Positions 1 to 14,104 of a stretch of DNA of 64,000 nucleotides are shown piece after piece. The translations under genes and the position numbers were made by a program. Under the pieces are notes generated by a model. It was not told where the DNA came from. It made no database searches and saw only the letters and a list, made by a program, of their open reading frames with translations. Source of the DNA: Octopus sinensis (taxonomy: Eukaryota); NCBI RefSeq assembly GCF_006345805.1, contig NC_043004.1:78554001-78618000 (forward strand). Reading direction: 5' to 3'. Positions within the stretch are counted from its first letter, which is position 1. Every line of letters begins with the position of its first letter.

Positions 1-433
<433 letters not shown>

Positions 434-990
434 TGCCCTGATGCAGTCCCAGACAGTGGCTCTCATGGCTTCTGATCTTAACTGATTGGAGGTGTTATCA
501 TGTACATTGTTTTGTCTTGGTATAAAAGATGGGCTACAGCAAATATTCTGCTCAATACCACAGATTTGCTTGTCAGTTGTTTGACCTTAACCAGTTGAGC
601 ATGTCCCTTAGTGGCTGACGATATGTCCATCTCTGATCACGAGCAGAAGTAGTGGGGGAGCATCATAGCCATGTGTTGAGAGGGATTCTTTGGGGTTTGA
701 ATAATTCACCTCTGGAAACATGGGTGTTTCGTTCAACGTCCTTAAACAACCCTTATTCAGGGACCTTTTGAGCGGGATGGGCTACTCAACCTGAAGAAAT
801 TTCTAACTGGGCCCCACCTGCAAGGTCATGTGCTGCTTATCTTGATATGAGATCACCATGTGGCGCACACATGGTTGTGATGCATGTGCCTGGTGTACCC
901 TTATCAGACGGGTAGTCATGATGGGTATATACTGGGCTTCGTATATTTTACCCCAGTGTCACTTTGATGGCATGCTCTGCTCGCTCACTC
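434..990. mobile_element. Unclassified probable interspersed repeat embedded between (TAA)n arrays
   Basis: About 557 bp non-coding block with TAA repeats on both sides; no TIR or ORF seen. Confidence 0.45.
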
Positions 991-1130
991 AATAATAATA
1001 ATGATAATAATGCAGCCTTATTGGGCACAGCGCACATCTTAAAGAAAGTATTATCTGTCTGAGGTCCTTGTTGAGACTTGACAGATGATTAAAGACTTCG
1101 GTGCATTTTTACCTACACTGTGTTACAAAG

Positions 1131-2306
<1,176 letters not shown>

Positions 2307-3039
2307 TATATATACATACATACATGTATGTAGCCATTCACATATTGACAGATCTCAAGAATTGTCTTTACTCAAGCAATAAAATCTTGTCAACAGCTTA
2401 AATTCTGGCGAAAAACTTGAATACATCTCAAAGAAAAGGCAATACAATATTATTCCGACAAAGACCTTTTATGTCCCTGTATATTTGTGTGTGCAGCGGA
2501 GGTGTAAATATATGTGCGATTAGTGTATCCGTGTGCGTCTATGGGTACATGTGTGTATGTTTGTGCGTATGTGTTTGTTTATATGTGTGGGGGGTGTAAA
2601 TATATGTGTGGTTAGTGTATCTGTATGCGAGTGTGCTTTATGCGTCTATGGGTATATGTGTGCGTATGTGTTAGTTTTCTTATTTGCATACAAAAATATT
2701 CAATTTCTCTTAACAATGAAATGGAATGAATTCCGTTCAAATAACAAACGTACTTACAGCAAACAGCACAATTCTCAGAGGTGGACTGTAATATTGGTTA
2801 CAGCTGCAGAAAATCAGAAAATCTCACAGTGGACTTTGAAAAGGTTTTTCACTGTGATTAGCATTTCTTTAACCGTTTAACACATTTTATAACTGGGTAA
2901 TCTTTGAGTTCATTACACACGAACCAATAAAAACACGACACGTATCAAATTAGCTCATACAAAGGTGTCGTTAATAATCTTATATCCAAAATAATAGTCT
3001 TATTCCATATATACATACACACACGCATTCGCGCATCCA

Positions 3040-3231
3040 TACATCCATACATACATACATACATACATACATACATACATACATGCATACATACATACAT
3101 ACATACATACATACATACATACATACATACATACATACATACATACATACATACATACGTACAAAGACACTTCAATGCAGAGAGTAAAAGGTTATAGTTT
3201 TGTCTACGGACGACTGATGATGATGATGATG

Positions 3232-3279
<48 letters not shown>

Positions 3280-3294
3280 ATATATATATGTGTG

Positions 3295-3325
<31 letters not shown>

Positions 3326-3667
3326 TTTATATATATGTGTGTGTGTGTGTGTGTGTTTATATATATATATATTTATGTATGTATGTCTGTATGTATCAAC
3401 ATCATCATCATTATCACTTATCTTCCATGTTGGCATGAGTTGGGCGGTTTGACAGGACCCGACGGGTCAGAGGACCACGTCACGCTCCAATGGCTGCTTT
3501 GGCGTGTTTCTACAGCTGGATGCCACTCCTAATGCCAACCACTTTAAAGAATGGAACCGGCACTTGTGAGGTCTTCATATAACTTGCAATATGTATTTTA
3601 GTGTGAGGGTATGTGTGTATGTGAGAAAGAGCGAGAGTGGGGAAGTGTGTGTGTGTGTGTGTGTGTG

Positions 3668-3733
<66 letters not shown>

Positions 3734-3975
3734 TTATACTTGGCTCGGACATGAAAGGACATTCCGCATACGCTGACTGTGAGGAACATTTTTTCTTCGG
3801 AAACAATTTCCGCAGCAAAAGATTTTATAAGTTTATTCAGTTGTCTGTCAGTCGGTATTTTGTAGGTGTAGATATGCGTCTACATCACCAGACTTAGTAC
3901 ATACCTGTGATTACGCATATCTGTGATGACGACGCATATATGTGGTATGCAGCTAAATCAACTTATCAAATATGA

Positions 3976-4043
<68 letters not shown>
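3040..4043. repeat. Cluster of (CATA)n, (GAT)n, (GT)n and (TA)n microsatellites
   Basis: Arrays at about 3040-3157, 3215-3400, 3645-3731, 3978-4043. Confidence 0.95.
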
Positions 4044-4045
<2 letters not shown>

Positions 4046-4253
4046 CCCTCCAAAAAAGAGTGAATACCTCCCCCGCCTCGAATAATAGCAATCAATGATT
4101 ACCTCCTCTTAGATTTATTTAGCTACTTATTCATTTACGAAACAACTTTTCCGCTACTAATATAGACTAAAAACTTCTTATGATACCATGAAATTGCAAT
4201 ATTTTCACTAATTTCTTAATCATGATTAGCAAAAGCAAAACCGGTTGACTATA

Positions 4254-4779
4254 CAGTTGCGGCCAAAATGTTCAGAACGGCATTGTTTTCGTCAGAAAAG
4301 TAGGTATAATTTTTTATCAAAGTTGTTTTATATTTTATATATTTCACAGACAATAAATACGATATTATTTGTTATTGTCTGAGATGTTGGTGTAATTTGA
4401 GAGGATAATACAAAAGTTATGGATGATTTAGTGATTTACTACAAAACCCATAGCGGCCAAAATTATCAGAACGGTTGAAAAATAACAAAATAATCAAAAA
4501 TGACAGAGAATACTGGAATTATTTAATATTTAGTGTGAAGCCCTTTAGCTTCAATCACACTTTGACATCTTCGACTGCATGAGGAAATTAAATTTTCAAT
4601 TTCTTGCTGGTAATAACTTTTGTATTGTCCTCTCAAATTACACCAAAATCTCCGACAATAACAATTAATATCCTATTTATTTTCTGTGAAAATTATAGAA
4701 TATAAAACAACTTTGATAAAAACTTATACCTACTTTTCTGACGAAAACAATGCCGTTCTGAACATTTTGGCCGCAACTG
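4254..4779. mobile_element. Tc1-like MITE (526 bp) with about 100-bp TIRs
   Basis: CAGTTGCGGCCAAAATGTTCAGAACGG... / ...CCGTTCTGAACATTTTGGCCGCAACTG, TA on both sides. Confidence 0.9.
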
Positions 4780-4924
4780 TATAAATATTTTATCTCATAA
4801 AATATATATACATTCTGTGCCTTTTCCTTCTTTTTATATTTTTCACTAGAACTAACCACGTGGGGGGAAAATCTTTCTAACGAAGATTTTTCACTATGTG
4901 TGTGTGTGTGTGTGTGATGGATAC

Positions 4925-5620
4925 TCCCGTCGAAGGCAACATATGAGCGTTCAGTTTTTGCCGAACGCCCTGCACAAATGTCTTGTTTATAGTGATCAAA
5001 CGTTCGTGCCGCACATTAACTCACTCTCGCCATCAAATGGACGTTGTCTGAACAGGTGCACGGTATAACACGCGTCAGGGGTCGAAACGAAAGCGAAGCA
5101 ACATGAGATAAAGTGTTTTGGCTCAAGAACAGAATGCATCATCCGGCCTAGGAATTGAATTCAGCTTCGCGATCAAGAGCGCAACACCCTGACCACTAGG
5201 TGATGCGCCCATACATACGTATGTATGTATGTATGTATGTATGTATGTATGTATGTATGTATGTATGTATGTATGTGAAGACGCACGGCTCATTGGTTAG
5301 AGCGTCGAGCTTACGATTGTGAGGTTGTGAGTTCGAATCTCGGACCGGGCTGCGAGTTGTGTTCTTGAGCAAGACACTTTATTTCACGTTGCTCCAGCTC
5401 ACTCAGCTGTATAAATGAGTTGCGACGTCACAGGTGCCAAGCTGTATCGGCCGTTGCCTTTCCCTTGGATAACACAGGTGGCGTGGAGAGGGGAGGCTGG
5501 TATGCATGGGTGACTGCTGGTCTTCCATAAACAACCTTGTCCGGACTTGTGCCTGGGAGGGTAACTTTCTAGGTGCAATATCATGCTAAGTCATGACCGA
5601 AGGTGGTCTCAGCAGATATA
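4925..5620. mobile_element. Two tRNA-derived SINEs head-to-head around a (TATG)n repeat
   Basis: Plus copy 5277-5620 has A box (TGGTTAGAGCG) and B box (GAGTTCGAATCTC) plus a CORE/V-like GTGTTCTTGAGCAAGACACTT segment; reverse copy 4925-5210 recurs at 52670-52950. Confidence 0.75.
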
Positions 5621-5709
5621 TATATCTCGAAGAAATATATACATACATATATACATATATATATGCAGACACACATACACACATATATATACATATTATA
5701 AATACATAC

Positions 5710-5742
<33 letters not shown>

Positions 5743-6649
5743 AACAATTTATAAGTAAGGGCAGAAGAAAAATTTTTCTAATGCCAAAATATGCCGAAAA
5801 TAGACATAACGTCAATAACCATGTAATTTATCACTACAAGTACGCATCTATTGAGATTTATAGAAAACCAAAATATGAAGACAGGTGTGTGTACAACAAG
5901 AAAGTGTATTGCTCTCGAGAAAATGAAAAAGTCTTTTACGTTTCGAGCTTACGCTCTTTAACAGAAAGGAATAAGAGAAAATTATCAGAGAGAGAATGAA
6001 AAAAAAAATGTTGATTTAACTGTCTATATATACACATACATACTTACATATCTCAAGTAAATTTTTTTGAAAAAATATTCGCGAATTATCCATGAAACCG
6101 CAACATTGGTACACGTGTCCCAGTTGTAGTAGAAGACGCCAGTCCGTCGCAGGGTTACTCATTTTACAGCTGAGTGAACTGGAACTATGACAAAAATGAA
6201 GTGTTCAGCCCAAGGAAATGGCTCGAGACTGTTTACCTCTACACCCTACCAACTTGTACATTTTGACGTAAACTCTCAAGAATAATTCTTGATTTTATTT
6301 CATGTTCCACATTTTCATCTGGTATGAAATTCCAGATACATGCACTGAGATCAACGTGAAAAGTTTCTTTAAAGATGAAGATATCAACAAAGTAACTGCT
6401 GCAAGAAAACAAGTACTACAATAAATTAAAATGCCGAGAAAGTTTCTTGTGGACAAAATGAAAAACCTTCATCACAAAACAATGTGAGGATCTCATACCC
6501 CAACACTTTGCTAGTTAAATCTCTTTTGGTATGCGCACTTCTCCCTTTAAGATATGTATGTACAGACTGTGCGAAAATCTAAGATTTTCACCAGAAAAAT
6601 CTTAGTTATAGCTGATCGAATCCTCAGATTTCATGAATTTCACAGAATT

Positions 6650-7030
6650 TGTCTGTTGTAATACCTATTTCTTTACTACCCACAGCTTCTTACGCTGGAG
6701 ATGTTCAACAGTGTCAGCTGTTCACTACCAGTGAACAAGGTAACACCCCTTATTTTTCGAGCACCATCCGGAGTATTCAAGCGGTTCCAAGCGGTGCTGT
6801 TTTCTGCAAGTGTTCCACCCTTATTGCAGCCCTATTTGTTCCACGTACCTCTCGAGATTTTTACTCACTGTTCCAGGGCTCCGACAATTATTGGTACTAC
6901 TGCTACCTTTTTCATCGACCACAACTGCTTAACTTCCCAAGCTAACCTGTCATATCTCTTAACTTTTCTTTCTTCCTTATCGCATATCTTGTTGTCGGCT
7001 GGGCATGCTATACTTATGATCTAACATAGT
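6650..7030 (-). mobile_element. R4/Dong-like (RLE-clade) LINE 3' fragment
   Basis: Decayed PIIVGALGTV and LQKTAPLGTA*ILRMVLEK* C-terminal motifs. Confidence 0.8.
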
Positions 7031-7059
7031 TTGTTTTCTTTCTCAATTAACACTATATA

Positions 7060-7257
7060 CTCTTTTACCTGTTTCAGTCATTTGACAGCGGCCATGCTGG
7101 AGCACCGCCTTTAGTCGAGCAAGTCGACCCCAGGACTTATTCTTTGGAAACCTAGTTCTTATTCTATTATTCTCCTTTGCCGAACCGCTAAGTTAAGTGG
7201 GCGTAAACACCCCAGCATCGGTTGTCAAGCGATGTTGGGGGACAAACACAGACACAC

Positions 7258-7318
<61 letters not shown>

Positions 7319-7346
7319 CACGGGCTTCTTTTCAGTTTCTGTCTAC

Positions 7347-7397
<51 letters not shown>

Positions 7398-7560
7398 GAC
7401 GGGCTTCTTTTCAGTTTCTGTCTACCAAATCCACTCACAAGGCTTTGGTTGGCCCGAGGCTATAGTAGAAGACACTTGCCCAAGGTGCCACGCAGTGGGA
7501 CTGAACCCGGAACCATGTGTTGGTAAGCAAGTTACTTACCACACGGCCACTCCTGCGCCT
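7060..7560 (-). mobile_element. Composite tRNA-head SINE/microsatellite repeat (many copies, e.g. 8490-8845, 16130-16540, 22185-22570, 32130-32490, 40950-41480, 61083-62830)
   Basis: Recurring GGCTGTGTGGTAAGAAGCTTGCTTCCCAACCACATGGTTC...GAAACTGAAAGAAGCCCGTC module joined through (TA)n/(CA)n to a CGATAGAATAAGTACTAGGC...GCTCCAGCATGGCC module. Confidence 0.8.
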
Positions 7561-7842
7561 GTATCAGGCTTCCTATTCTCTATCTCATGACATGGTCACA
7601 CTGAATCATAAAATCCTGTTATTATTATTACACCTGACACCGTAATAATGATAATAGAGATAGAGTGTGCTTATCACTGGTGCAATGGCCCACCGAAGGT
7701 AAAACAAAATTATATTTTTAATTTTTCAGTTAATTCGGTAACTTATTAAAATATTTATTGTCCCTTCAGTACTGATATCATTTTAAACTCCATTTATTAA
7801 TATTTATTAACTCCATTTAGTATTACTTCGGTTGTTTTACAA

Positions 7843-8235
7843 GGCGGCGAGCTGCCAGAAACGTTAGCACGGCGGGCGAAATGCTTAGCGGTATTTCGTC
7901 TGCCGCTACGCTTTGAGTTCAAATTCCGGCCGAGGTCGACTTTGCCTTTCATCCTTTCGGGGTCGATAAAATAAGTACCAGTTGCGCACTAGGTCGATAT
8001 AATCGACTTAATCCGTTTGTCTGTCCTTGTTTGTCCTCTCTGTGTTTAGCCCCTTTGGGGTAGTAAAGAAATTGGTATTTCGTCTATCGCTACATTCTGA
8101 GTTCAAATTCCACCGAGGTCGACTTCGCCTTTCAATCCTTCGGAGTTGATAAAACAAGTTCCACTTGAGCACTGGGATCGATGCAATCGATTTACCCTCC
8201 ATTCCCAAATTACTGGCCTGAGCCAAAATTTAATA
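7843..8235 (+). mobile_element. tRNA-derived SINE (MetaSINE-like central domain) with duplicated internal unit
   Basis: GGCGGCGAGCTGGCAGAAACGTTAGC...GAGTTCAAAT head and GCCTTTCATCCTTTCGGGGTCGATAAAATAAGTACCAG domain; other copies at 9057, 33320, 47415, 57021 and reversed at 53080 and 53760. Family name is from recall. Confidence 0.75.
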
Positions 8236-9699
8236 CCAATATTTCGATGGTTGTAAACATGCTTAAAAAGCTGAAAATACAATATACATAAATTAACCAG
8301 AAGTAAAAATGTAAGACATTGTTAATTATGTTTATTAAGAAGCTCATCAATCCTGGGTCGAATATTTTCCGAGGCAACTTACATATCATCTTCTACCGGC
8401 ACACGACTCCTCTAAATCGTTTTTTATTCTTGTTAAAGCAGGAAAGTCATTTTCCTATAAAAATGTGACGCCGAATGAATACTCTTCTATTGGTTTCAGT
8501 CATTTGACTGTGGCCATGCTGGAGCACCACCTTTAGTCGAACGAATCGACCCCAGGACTTATTCTTTGTGAGTGTAGTACTTATTCTATCGGTCTATTAT
8601 GCCGAACCGGTAAGTTACTGGGACGTAAACACACCAGCATCGGTTGTCAAGTGATCGTGGGAGGACAAACACAGACACATATACATATACATACATGGAC
8701 ACATACATATATACGATGCGCTTCTTTCAGTTTCCGTCTACCAAATCCACTCACAAAGCTTTGGTCGACCCGAGATTATAGTAGAAGACACTTGCTCGAG
8801 GTGCCACGCAGTTGGATTGAACCCGGAATCATGTGGTTGGGAATCAAGCTTCTTATCATACACTAAGTTTTTAATACCTTCTTTGAGCAATTTGGTTTGG
8901 AAACGTTGAGCTGATAGAAATTAACCCCGGAAACTTTAAAAATTAAAATACTGAAGAATTTTCAAAGTGACTGCAGAAGTGCCAAAGCAGTTTCAGTGTT
9001 CGAACACAATTAATAAATTCTGTTGCATTCCGTGGCAATATTAAAGATGAACTAAAGGTGGCGAGCTGGCAGAATCGTTAGCATGCCGGACAAAATGCTT
9101 AGCGGCATTTCGTCCGTTGTTATGCTCTGAATTATAATTCCGCTGAGGTCGACTTTGCCTTTAATCCTTTCAGAGTCGATAAAATAAGTATCAGTTAAGC
9201 ACTGGGAGTCGATGTAATCGGCTTAGCCCCTCCCCTGAACTTGAAATCAATATTAACTATAAAAGCACTCGGAGAGCACAGACCTCCACCAAGCCGCTCA
9301 TTTCCACCCATATACACGCATGCTGAAAATTGCCCAATTTCCCAAACCAACGCCGGCAAAAACATAACAGAGACCCTATTTTATCCCATACTTATCTCGA
9401 CCATAGTCATCATCAACACTGTCTCTGCTTTCACCACAATTACCGTCAAAACTACGATCACCACAATCAGTTTCTTTACACAGTTGAAAATCCATTATCC
9501 GATATTCGTGGGACCGAGATTGTTGCAGATTTTTTATTTTTCTACTTTCGGATTGCTTTATTAAAACCAGGTCTAAACACAATAGCTTATAGACATACAC
9601 TGAATGTAGTTCTATATATTTTTTTATACTTAAGACCATCAGAAATGTTAAGATATCAGCCTCTACCCACGTTGTTACGCTTTGATTAAAAAGGTTACA

Positions 9700-10185
9700 G
9701 CATAGATTAGATTACTGAGATAAGTTTCGGCCGACGTTGACTCTGGCCATGTCTAATTTAATAGCACCACCTGGAAGAGATACACAGTCAGCTCTGGGGA
9801 ACCGTAGCCCATTCAAGCAGAGGGTTATTGTTTTCAGAGACATATCTGGCATTTGTTGGGGGTAATCATCTAGGGATCGTTTGAATGCCGTGAAGTCATT
9901 TTCCTCCTTTTTGTGTGTCTGGCACGATGTTGAAGAGAGCAGGGCCAATTGAGGTGAAATAGTTTTGTCATAGTGTTGTGATACCACACGAACATTTCTG
10001 TAGTGGATGGATGGCACGGGGGGCCAAGCCTCGGACGAATTTTAAGGATGGGCAATGTTGTTGGAATATTTTCTACATCTTACAGATGATATAGAGCTCA
10101 CAGCGACGGTGGAGGGAGCAAAGCCTGAGCTTTTTGAGTCGATCCCAATAGTCAAGGCTTGTCATATCACCCTCCGCTGACCTCT
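9700..10185 (-). mobile_element. CR1/L2-clade LINE 3' fragment
   Basis: LDYWDRLKKLRLCSLHRRCELYIICKM*KIF and AFKRSLDDY motifs with frameshifts. Confidence 0.8.
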
Positions 10186-10333
10186 GCCAAGCAGTTCCTT
10201 TTAAGTTAGATTCGCAAGTAAAATTACTAATAGAGAAACGAAAATAAACTTTGGAATCAGCAACGCCACCATAGGTTACGTGGAAATGAACGTGTTTTCA
10301 AGGGAGACAATAAAAGAACGTAACATTGTAATA

Positions 10334-10846
10334 TCTATATATATAAAACTGTAGTTGTGTGAGTGTCTGTCCCCTTCGATTTAGATTCCTAACTACTCCC
10401 ACATTTTGCGGTGCAGTTTAACCAAATTCGGGTATCTTATAGTCGTGATTCATGTCGAGCCCGTCTGGGTATTAGCGCGCGTCTACGATGAGTCTACGAT
10501 TTTAAAAATAATTTAACATCATTTTTTATTCCATTTTAATGCATAATTTTTCGTGTGTCGATGGCGGCGGAGTTGGCGTCCATGGTCACACCTGCACCTG
10601 TTTGCTTCTCCCCCTTCTTCCCTCCCTCGTGAAGCTGTGGGGAAGGGAGTGTAAGGAAATCAACGTCGTAAAGCGTTGTCAAGGAGACCAGCGTTCTTTT
10701 AGAACAACGACTTCATGGCTTGAAGACACTAAAACAGAAATGGCTAAGAAAGCCCGAATTGGCATCTATAAGGGAAGTAACTCTCTAAAAATGCTTATAT
10801 AGTTATTTCCCTTACAAACCCGAGCAACGCCGGGCGATACTGCTAG
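10334..10846 (+). mobile_element. Non-autonomous Helitron (513 bp)
   Basis: A|TCTATATATATAAA 5' end; 3' hairpin CCCGAGCAACGCCGGG followed by CTAG|T; no TSD, as expected. Confidence 0.88.
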
Positions 10847-11580
10847 TTTCATGTAAAGTAAATATAACAAATGAAAAATCCTTCAAGAATCCATTAAAAT
10901 TCCCGGATCATCATCTGTTCCTTGTGTCATTACCAAGTTTTCCTGCAAATTTCATCAAATACCGTTCACAACTTTTTGAGTTATTTTTCACACAGACGGA
11001 CAAACCATAGCCGATGAAAACATAACCTCCTTCCTTAGCGGAGGTAAAAATGAACTCGGCTTTGCACACGCAAATGAACTCGGCTTTGTATAATTCGTAG
11101 ACAATCTCTCGGAATCTATACAAGATTAAATGAGACACTTCAAGACAATACATGCTTCAAATTTTTGTAAAGACATCGGACGAAATCAGCTTTTCAATAA
11201 GATAACAATGCACAAATGACATTTACCAAACGTATTGCCAGTGTTCTGTACATTATCCGTTATGATAGTATCTACCGAGGGATCTTTCAGAAGATTAAAG
11301 CTCAACAAGAACTTCTTAAGGAACATAATGACATATGGAAGACTAAATCACCGAACTGTTCTTAGTATTTAGAGCAAACTTGTAAGAACTATAAAAGTAG
11401 GAACTCATGCGGTCGAGTATAAGAAACACGGTCGCACGTGGTCATATTCTTAAAGATTTATTACTGACCAGCCAATACATGCAGCGGCAATAGAACACAA
11501 GTGCAATGACAACAAGATTTCTTTTTGAGATATATACATTATTTATTTTACATATTTTACAATCCTGTTGGTTGGAAGTT

Positions 11581-12504
11581 TGTAAGTGTTAGCATGTTTT
11601 TGTGTCTGTGTGTTCGTGAGGCATAAAAGGTACTGACCAGAGGAATAACAATGGAATTTGGTTCACAATTCATGTTGTTGGTATCAGCCTAGCAACAGGT
11701 AGTAGCAGATGGCTTAAGGTAGTTCTTAGAAGAACTAGAACTCAAGACAGATAATTGATTTACCGTTTATGAGGTACACGGAGTGTAAGAGTTCCATATC
11801 AAGATGTTGCGTCTCGTAGTTGAGATTAATTGAATCACTTGTTGTGTTTATCTTTCTCTTGATATGAATATACTCCCAGATGTGTTAACTGTAGCCGTTT
11901 TTTCCCGTGGTGAGATGTTCACCTAACCACTAGAGTTGAATCTGTGGTTGTCTTGTGTACAAATTAAATCTTAGTAGATAGAGACGATGTTTGGCGATGA
12001 GTTGTGTTTGTCGCTTGGTTTTTGCTGCGTCTTCATCATATATTCTGCTTGGTTATTTTTCTCTTGATATAATGGTGGTCGCCTGCCTTTCGAACTGGAA
12101 CATGGTCGAGTATGCTCTGTGTGGTCAGAGGTCCGTTCTCAGAAGAACTAGAACCAAAGACGAACTCTGTGTGGTCAGAGGTTCGCCCTGAGAAGGACTA
12201 AAAACCTAAGACGAATATTTATCTGAGAACCCTTCTTTATATAAGGTTTATTGGGCTCAAAACGCACTTCAGAAATGAAAAGCTGTGATTGGCTGCTTGG
12301 AACAATGGCGCGAAAATAAGCGGAGGCAAATCGCGTCACGTGACAACCAGCGGTGCGAACGTAGTAGAGACCACGTGTCAGCCAATCGAATTAGTGTTTA
12401 CAACAATGTTAAACTAGCCGAAGATGTTTGTAATCTCGAACGAGATTATTCTTAATACTCTTCTCAAACAGTGAAGATAGCAATGAGGGAACGATATTGC
12501 TACA
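11581..12504 (-). mobile_element. Putative solo LTR
   Basis: TGTA...TACA termini; on the minus strand CCAAT-type boxes and two CACGTG (12285-12390) precede TATATAA (about 12240); about 50-bp internal tandem duplication (12116-12220); no clean TSD. Confidence 0.5.
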
Positions 12505-13214
12505 GAACTGATTCCAATGGACATGGTCCCGGGAACAGGGGGTGAAAGGGCACCACCTAGAAATTTATGTGGGGTATAAAATCAAAGTTTTCACTCCTAT
12601 TTACTTTTCTCGGGATTAGAAAACAGTGAATTAAAAGTGAACTGTAAAAAGTAGCTCGAAGTTAGATTTCTTCTCAAAGAACAAAGAACAAAAATAAATA
12701 AATAAATAAATAAAAATACAATAAGACCTAGTTTGTAAAAAGTTTTGGAGCTGAGTTTGCATCTCCTAACCAAATTTCGTTCTCGAGCCAGTGTCAGTGG
12801 AGTAATAAAATGAAATATATGATTCATTATAATATTTCTTTATAAACGCATCTGTAATTCCTTGCTTCTACGGCAGAGCTTTCTTCACAAATTTCACGAC
12901 AGCACAGATAACATTTAGGCAGCAACTTTTCTTCTTTGCTTGGAATGTTGAATCTTGGAACTCGAGTTACCATTTCTTATTTTACTTGTTTCAATCACTG
13001 GACTGCGACCATGCTGGGGCACCACCTTAAAACGTTTAGGAGAATAAATCGCCCCAGTAGTCATGTTTTTTTTCTTTAATTTGGTACTAATTTTATCGGT
13101 CACTTTCGCCAAACTGTCAAGTTACGAGGACGTAAACAAACCAGCATCGGTTGTCAAGAGGTGGCGGTGGGGACAAACTGACACACTGAGACAGTCATAC
13201 ACAAATACACACAA

Positions 13215-14100
13215 ACACATATTTACATACATGTATGCATGAATGTATGTATGCATGAATGTATGTATGTATGTATGCATGAATGTATGTATGTATGTAT
13301 GCATGAATGTATGTATGCATGAATGTATGTATGTATGTATGCATGAATGTATGTATGTATGTATGTATGCATGCATGTATGTATGTATGTATGTATGTAT
13401 GTATGTATGTATGTATGTATGCATGAATGTATGTATGTATGCATGAATGTATGTATGTATGCATGAATGTATGTATGTATGTATGCATGAATGTATGTAT
13501 GTATGTATGTATGTATGTATGTATGTATGTATGTCATTATTCAGTTTATTTTCAGATTTCTTGTCAATAGAGAAAGAACCGGTTTCTAACCTAGATCCAA
13601 GGCTCCTTCATTGGAATTTCAACATCAACGTTTGTATGCATGCATGTATGTGCAGATTTGTATGTTTTATGTATGTTCTCTCATGCATACAGTTGCCTAT
13701 CTAGACATGCTCATATATATTTAAATGATAAACTTCTGGACAGTTTTACAGATTATTGCAGTTCCGGTGATGGATTCGATCTGTAGTCTTAAAATTAACT
13801 TTCTCCTTTCTCGTTTTGAGAAGTCAAATTTCTCAAGATTAGTATTTAGGCAGTGTGTTACACATCCCAGAGCCCCCATAATTACAGGTATAAACCTGAA
13901 CTTATTATCCGGATAGAGTAACTGCAGATTTCTCAATAGTTAAGCGTAGGTGTTCTCTTTTTCACTGATCTTCAACTTTATGTTAACATCCACTGGGCAG
14001 CTAATTTCTACAACTGTGCACAGTTTCTCTTCTCTATCTCAAATCATTATATCAGATCTGTTGTACTTACATTTTATTAAGGTCTTCACTGGTACATTCC
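13215..14100 (-). mobile_element. R4/Dong-like RLE LINE 3' fragment with long (CATA)n tail
   Basis: WNVPVKT..KYNRSDIMI*DREEKLCTVVEISCPVDVN (PD-(D/E)xK nuclease region), FIPVIMGALG, ESITGTAIICKTV; tail 13215-13535. Confidence 0.85.
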
Positions 14101-14104
14101 ACCA

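Larger units (their letters stand above)
9255..11048 (+). mobile_element. Probable non-autonomous Helentron-type (HINE) element with nested insertions
   Basis: 5' subterminal ACCTCCACCAAG (9282-9293) and 3' CTTAGCGGAGGT inside palindrome ACCTCC..GGAGGT (11025-11045), preceded by ACAGACGGACAAAC. Confidence 0.55.

Noticed and set aside
5277-5355. tRNA gene (A and B boxes present); similar heads elsewhere
   Set aside because: Imperfect acceptor stem and continuity with SINE bodies; these are tRNA-derived SINE heads.
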